From Dehalococcoidia bacterium (GTDB lineage Bacteria; Chloroflexota; Dehalococcoidia; Bin125), in assembly GCA_963422755.1 (NCBI GenBank), contig OY730488.1: 64,000 bases of DNA; one strand, 5' to 3'. The notes beneath the pieces are model-generated. The model saw only the letters and a list, made by a program, of their open reading frames with translations. It had not been told where the DNA came from and did no database searches. Within the stretch, counting starts at the first letter, position 1; the number at the start of each line of letters is the position of its first letter. Both the position numbers and the translations under genes were made by a program. Shown in pieces: positions 59,296 through 64,000 of the stretch.

Positions 59296-60291
59296 GTGGC
59301 AGTGATGAGTAAACGTGAGCGCGTGCGCGCGACGATCGCCGGCGAGCCTGTGGACCGTGCGCCGGCCTCGTTGTGGGGACACGACTTTCTGCGTGAGTGG
59401 AGCAACGACGAACTCGTCGGCGCCACCTGCGAACAGTACGAGGCGTACGATTGGGACTTCATCAAGATCAATCCGCGCTGGACGATGTTCCCAGAGGCGT
59501 GGGGGGCGGTCTACTCGCCTCCCGCTGATCAATCGAACCCAACCATGGTGCGCTCGGCTCTCCACGAGCTGGACGAACTACACGACGTGTCCTCAGTACA
59601 CGCCGAACGAGGAGTGTTCGGCGAACACATCGAATCCACCCGACTGGTCGTCGACCGCACCAAAGGTGAGGTGGACGTGGTGCAAACGGTCTTCTCACCT
59701 ATGGCCGTCGTGGGACTGATGTTCGGGCATCCCCGCGCCTTCAAGCAGGCGGCGCGGGAGGCCCCAGCGGCGGTGCATACCGCCATCGCCCGGGTGACCG
59801 AAACGATCATCAACTACAGCCGCGCCAACCTGAACGCAGGCGCGTCGGGCGTGTTCTATGCGCCGCTGCAGTGGGCCAGTCACGACAACGCCACGCCTGA
59901 CTTCTACCGCGAGTTTGGACGCCCCTACGACCTACAGGTGCTGGACGCGATCCGCGATGCCGAGTTCAACATCCTCCACGTCTGTCATACCAACAACATG
60001 CTGGCGGACGTGATGGACTACCCCGTGCACGCGATCAATTGGGATGATCGCGACCCGACCAACGCCAGCCTGTCCGACGTCTGGGCGCAGACGGATACAG
60101 CTGTGATGGGCGGCGTGAGCCGAACCGATCTCGGGGAACTGAGCGCTGCAGAGATCCAGGCGCAAGCTGCCGAGGCGGCGGGCGTCGGCAACACCAGGGT
60201 GCTCGTCAGCGGCGGCTGTTCGATCCCACCGCACACGCCACACGAGAATCGCGCCGCTGTCGCAACGGGCGCGCGCGGTGACGCAAGTTAA
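59296..60291 (+). CDS. uroporphyrinogen-decarboxylase (URO-D) family protein, methyltransferase/decarboxylase-like
   Basis: GAAGGAGG RBS lies 5 nt before the GTG at 59296. The protein (MAVMSKRERVRATIAGEPVDRAPASLWGHDF...) shows the URO-D fold. Confidence 0.65.
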   Translation: MAVMSKRERVRATIAGEPVDRAPASLWGHDFLREWSNDELVGATCEQYEAYDWDFIKINPRWTMFPEAWGAVYSPPADQSNPTMVRSALHELDELHDVSSVHAERGVFGEHIESTRLVVDRTKGEVDVVQTVFSPMAVVGLMFGHPRAFKQAAREAPAAVHTAIARVTETIINYSRANLNAGASGVFYAPLQWASHDNATPDFYREFGRPYDLQVLDAIRDAEFNILHVCHTNNMLADVMDYPVHAINWDDRDPTNASLSDVWAQTDTAVMGGVSRTDLGELSAAEIQAQAAEAAGVGNTRVLVSGGCSIPPHTPHENRAAVATGARGDAS

Positions 60292-60301
60292 GGAACGGCA
60301 C

Positions 60302-61105
60302 ATGGGAGCGCTCGACGGAAAAGTTGCGCTGATCACCGGCGCGGCATCGGGGATCGGCCTGGCAACCGCGCAGCTCTACGCTCGTGAAGGCGCGCGGGTG
60401 GCGATGGTCGACCGCAACGCCGACGGTGTCCAGGAAGCGGCGCGTGCGCTCGGCGACTCCGCAGTGGGAATCAGCGCCGATGTGACCAGCGAGTCCGATG
60501 TGGAGGCAATGGTGGCTTCCTGCATCGAGCGCTTCGGGCGGCTCGACATCGCCTTCAACAACGCCGGTGTGGCAGGCGTGACACCGATCCATGAACACAC
60601 CCTCGAACAGTTCCAACGTGTGATCAACGTCTGCCTGACTGGGGTGTTTCTCTGTATCAAGCACGAATCTCGGCAGCTCCTCGATCAGGGCGAGGGCGGA
60701 TCGATCATCAACACAGCGAGCATCAACGCGACGCAGGCCACGGCCGGACTCGCGGCCTATTGCTCGGCCAAGGGCGGCGTGACGATGCTCACCAAGGTGT
60801 CTGCGCTGGAGCTGGGGCCGCACGGCATCCGCGTCAACGCCATCGGACCCGGGCACACGAAAACTCCGCTGACCCTTCGCGCCCGCGACGTCCCTGGATT
60901 CGACGAGGCGATGATCAGCGCGACGCCGATGGGCCGACTGGGAGAACCGGAAGATATCGCGCAGATGGCACTCTATCTGGGCAGCGACGCCAGTCAATGG
61001 GTGTCGGGACAGCTCTTCTACGTCGACGGCGGGATCACAGTCAACGAACTGCCGCCGAACTTTAACCCGCTCGATTCGCGTCTGGCGGAGCCGCGCGGCG
61101 GATAG
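60302..61105 (+). CDS. SDR-family oxidoreductase (pair A, copy 1)
   Basis: Opens MGALDGKVALITGAASGIG and has NNAG and YCSAK. Confidence 0.85.
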   Translation: MGALDGKVALITGAASGIGLATAQLYAREGARVAMVDRNADGVQEAARALGDSAVGISADVTSESDVEAMVASCIERFGRLDIAFNNAGVAGVTPIHEHTLEQFQRVINVCLTGVFLCIKHESRQLLDQGEGGSIINTASINATQATAGLAAYCSAKGGVTMLTKVSALELGPHGIRVNAIGPGHTKTPLTLRARDVPGFDEAMISATPMGRLGEPEDIAQMALYLGSDASQWVSGQLFYVDGGITVNELPPNFNPLDSRLAEPRGG

Positions 61106-61150
61106 CGGGCCAACGGCTACAAGACCAGCCACTACACGGGAGGCGCGCAG

Positions 61151-61939
61151 ATGGGACTACTGGATGGCAAGGCGGCGCTGATCACGGGCGGCGCATCTGG
61201 CATTGGGCTGGCCGCGGCGCGGCGCTTTGTCGAAGAAGGGGCACAGGTCGCGATCGTCGACCGCAACGCCGACGGCGCTGCTGAAGCGGCGCGCGACATC
61301 GGCCCGGAGGCAGTCGCCATCACCGGCGACGTCACCAACGAGGATGACGTCGCCGCTATGACGGCAGCCTGCGTGGACCGCTTCGGACGACTCGACATCG
61401 CCTTCAACAATGCCGGCATCGGCGGATTCGCGCCGATCCAGGACTACCCGCTGTCGCAGTTTCAGCGGGTGATCGACGTCTGTCTGACGGGTGTCTTCCT
61501 CTGCATCAAGCATGAGGCGAAGCAGCTGATCGCGCAGGGGCAGGGCGGTTCAATCATCAATACGGCCTCGCTCAACAGCATTCAGGCGACGGAAGGGCTG
61601 TCGGCATATTGCTCCGCCAAGGCCGGTGTCGCGATGCTGACCAAGGTGTCGGCGCTGGAACTGGGCCGACACGGAATCCGTGTCAACAGCATCGGACCTG
61701 GACTGATCCGCACGCCGCTGACCGAGGGCCTGCGGACGACACCGGGCCTCGAGGACGCGTTCGCGGCCGAGGCGCCGTTGGGGCGAATCGGCGAGCCGGA
61801 GGAGGTCGCGCAGCTCGCGCTCTGGCTCGCCTCCGATGCATCGTCCCTGATGACGGGTCAGACGGTACAGCTCAATGGTGGCGCGGACATCAACAAGTAC
61901 CCACCATTGTTCGAGTTCTTCGGCCAACAGGAGCTGTGA
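61151..61939 (+). CDS. SDR-family oxidoreductase (pair A, copy 2)
   Basis: Opens MGLLDGKAALITGGASGIG. It is collinear with, and highly similar to, the previous SDR. Confidence 0.85.
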   Translation: MGLLDGKAALITGGASGIGLAAARRFVEEGAQVAIVDRNADGAAEAARDIGPEAVAITGDVTNEDDVAAMTAACVDRFGRLDIAFNNAGIGGFAPIQDYPLSQFQRVIDVCLTGVFLCIKHEAKQLIAQGQGGSIINTASLNSIQATEGLSAYCSAKAGVAMLTKVSALELGRHGIRVNSIGPGLIRTPLTEGLRTTPGLEDAFAAEAPLGRIGEPEEVAQLALWLASDASSLMTGQTVQLNGGADINKYPPLFEFFGQQEL

Positions 61940-61972
61940 TCTCGAACCGCAGGAGCATGCAGAGGGAGCATC

Positions 61973-62866
61973 ATGCGTGAGTTCGTAGGCAAAACGGCGG
62001 TCGTTACCGGCGCTGCTTCAGGGATGGGGCTGGCGTTCGCACGTCGATTCGCCTCGGAGGGGATGAACGTCGTCCTCGCCGACATCGAGGCGGAAGCCCT
62101 CGACGCACAGGTACAGCGGCTCCAACAGGAAGAGCGCAACGTGCTCGGCGTCGTCGTGGACACCATGCGCCGCGAGATGCTGGAGGAGTTGCGTGATCAA
62201 ACGATCGCCGAGTTTGGCAACATCCACATTCTCTGCAACAACGCAGGGGTCGCTGGGATAGACGACGCCGGGCTGGGCGATGACGGCGCGCCACGCGGCA
62301 GCTGGACGGTCCCGGACAGCACCTGGCAATGGGTATTGGGGGTCAACTTCTGGGGCGTGTTGTACGGCTGCCAGGTGTTCATCCCGCACATGCTGGAGCA
62401 CGGCGAGGAGGGGCACATCGTGAACACTGCCTCCTTGGCCGGGCTCATACCAAGTGGGGGCGCATACGGAGTGTCCAAGCACGCAGTACTGGCCTTGACT
62501 GAGGGTCTGTACCAGCAATTTCAGGACTTGGGCGCCAACCTGAGCGCCTCTGTGCTTTGCCCCGGCCTTGTCAACACCAACATCGGCTCGGCTGAACGCA
62601 ACCGACCGTCGGAGTTCGGTGAGCGGCGCGAGCGGTCGGCCGCAATGGAAGCCGTCGCGGGGTTGTTGGCCAGCGGGATGGCTCCTGACAACGTCGCGGA
62701 CCAGGTCTTCCGCTCGATCGAGGAACAGCGCTGCTACATCCTGCCACATCCAGCATGGGATGAACTGGTCCGTGGACGAGTTGAGCACATCCTGGCCCGA
62801 GGCGCGCCAATTCAGATGGATCCCGAGGAGATGGCACGCCGCATCGCCGCGGGCGAGCAGCTGTAA
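61973..62866 (+). CDS. SDR-family oxidoreductase (pair B, copy 1)
   Basis: Opens MREFVGKTAVVTGAASGMG and has NNAG and YGVSK; 297 aa with an extended C-terminus. Confidence 0.8.
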   Translation: MREFVGKTAVVTGAASGMGLAFARRFASEGMNVVLADIEAEALDAQVQRLQQEERNVLGVVVDTMRREMLEELRDQTIAEFGNIHILCNNAGVAGIDDAGLGDDGAPRGSWTVPDSTWQWVLGVNFWGVLYGCQVFIPHMLEHGEEGHIVNTASLAGLIPSGGAYGVSKHAVLALTEGLYQQFQDLGANLSASVLCPGLVNTNIGSAERNRPSEFGERRERSAAMEAVAGLLASGMAPDNVADQVFRSIEEQRCYILPHPAWDELVRGRVEHILARGAPIQMDPEEMARRIAAGEQL

Positions 62867-62891
62867 TCCAGGAACCGAAGGAGAGTTCAGC

Positions 62892-63788
62892 ATGCGCGAG
62901 TTCACAGGCAAGACAGCAGTGATCACCGGTGGCGCGTCCGGCATGGGCTACGCCTTCGCGGAGCGCTTTGCGGCAGAGGGGATGAATGTCGTCCTCGCCG
63001 ATATCGAGGCTGAGGCGCTCGACGCTGCTGTGCAGCAGCTGGAGCGTCAAGAGCGCAACGTCCTCGGCGTCGAGGTCAACACGATGCGCCGTGAGACGCT
63101 GGAGTCGCTGCGCGACGAGACGATCGAGCGCTTTGGCAACGTGCATGTGCTCTGCAACAACGCCGGCGTCACATCGCGGCAGGACGGCGGACTCGGCGCG
63201 GGAACTGGAGCACTGCCGGTCTGGGAGGTGCCCGACTCGACCTGGGATTGGGTCATGGGCGTCAACTTCTGGGGCGTGCTCTACGGCCTGCAGGTGTTCG
63301 CGCCGCACATGATTGGGCACGGAGAGACGGGACACATCATCAATACCGCGTCGGTCGCGGGGCTCATTCCCGGCGCGTCGGCATACAGCGTCTCGAAGCA
63401 CGGTGTCCTGACCTTGACGGAAGGGCTCTGGCACCACCTGCGTGATGCAGGGTCGAACGTGTCGGCGTCGGTGCTGTGCCCAGGCTTTGTGAACACGCAG
63501 ATTAGTGAAGCCGAGCGCAACCGCCCCAACGAGTTCGGTGAACGCATCGAAGCAACGCCTGAACAACGGGCGATCACGCAGGTCCTGCTCGGCGGCGGGA
63601 TGCCCCCCGCAGACGTGGCGGAGCTGGTCTGGCAGGCGATGGTCAACGACCAGCTGTACATCCTGCCGCACGACGGTTGGCGAGAAGTCGTTCGAAGTCG
63701 AGTGGACGCGATCCTGGATGGACAACAACCGGTCGAGATCGATTTCCAGAAGATGATAGAGCGCCGAGCCCAAGGCGAGTTGATCTAA
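62892..63788 (+). CDS. SDR-family oxidoreductase (pair B, copy 2)
   Basis: Opens MREFTGKTAVITGGASGMG and is a close paralog of the previous gene. The longer track ORF (from 62568) is upstream read-through. Confidence 0.8.
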   Translation: MREFTGKTAVITGGASGMGYAFAERFAAEGMNVVLADIEAEALDAAVQQLERQERNVLGVEVNTMRRETLESLRDETIERFGNVHVLCNNAGVTSRQDGGLGAGTGALPVWEVPDSTWDWVMGVNFWGVLYGLQVFAPHMIGHGETGHIINTASVAGLIPGASAYSVSKHGVLTLTEGLWHHLRDAGSNVSASVLCPGFVNTQISEAERNRPNEFGERIEATPEQRAITQVLLGGGMPPADVAELVWQAMVNDQLYILPHDGWREVVRSRVDAILDGQQPVEIDFQKMIERRAQGELI

Positions 63789-63836
63789 CGGTCACTAAGC
63801 CTGTCAGGACAACATTTCTGATTCTTGCCCAGCCGA

Positions 63837-64000
63837 CTAATCGTCGCCAGACTGCAGCTGTTCGGCGAACTGTTTGCGGCCGACTCGCTCTTTCTCCGTC
63901 TTGGCGAGGATCGTCTCAGGGATCCAGAAGGGCAGCTGCTCGTCGGCGCGACTGGGCGCGAGCAGGTCGTCGAGGTCCATAACCAGCTCGCGTCGGTCAT
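63837..64000 (-). CDS. 3' end of an unidentified minus-strand gene that continues beyond the window
   Basis: Minus-frame translation ...DLDDLLAPSRADEQLPFWIPETILAKTEKERVGRKQFAEQLQSGDD* has native-looking composition and terminates at the TAG at 63839-63837. Confidence 0.3.
   Translation of the reverse strand, partial: DRRELVMDLDDLLAPSRADEQLPFWIPETILAKTEKERVGRKQFAEQLQSGDD

Overview
This 64-kb window is a high-GC (about 68%) bacterial chromosomal segment. Gene content and the Gln-rich lipoprotein linkers suggest Actinobacteria or Chloroflexi/Thermomicrobia, but I cannot place it more precisely from sequence alone. Coding density is high and there are no rRNA, tRNA or CRISPR elements.

The 5' quarter, on the minus strand, holds a complete F1Fo ATP synthase operon in the order atpI-like, atpB, atpE, atpF, atpH, atpA, atpG, a HAD hydrolase, atpD, atpC, then the start of murA. 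Two features of the operon are unusual:
- the a subunit (atpB) carries a roughly 225-aa hydrophilic insertion between TM2 and TM3 and a His-rich C-terminal tail;
- the HAD-family hydrolase gene is wedged tightly between atpG and atpD.

Downstream lie pyrF overlapping a divergent ComB-like phosphatase at their start codons, a MoxR AAA / DUF58 / DUF4129 operon, cinA, and a four-gene minus-strand operon (F420-type LLM oxidoreductase, NfeD, flotillin, MBL hydrolase).

The rest is accessory-looking and full of tandem paralogs:
- two MFS transporters plus a truncated third copy, separated by an AT-rich scar of about 1 kb that carries a 13-bp perfect hairpin and a 10-mer microsatellite;
- a tungsten-type aldehyde:ferredoxin oxidoreductase;
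- an ABC importer with two substrate-binding proteins and two permeases but no ATPase;
- a sulfatase / FGE / sulfatase cluster with a family III CoA-transferase;
- a xenobiotic-style cluster of nitroreductase, VOC, haloalkane dehalogenase, DinB, thioesterase, SDR, an alpha/beta-hydrolase-adenylyl-cyclase fusion, a URO-D-like gene and four tandem SDRs forming two paralog pairs.

The most unusual locus is a lower-GC island of about 2.2 kb (about 51.7-53.9 kb). It encodes a small membrane protein and a protein built from about 12-residue Tyr/Thr/Val/Arg-rich tandem repeats, and that reading frame is split by a 29-nt homopolymeric C tract (a poly-Gly codon run on the coding strand). A 1-nt length change in the tract would fuse the two ORFs.
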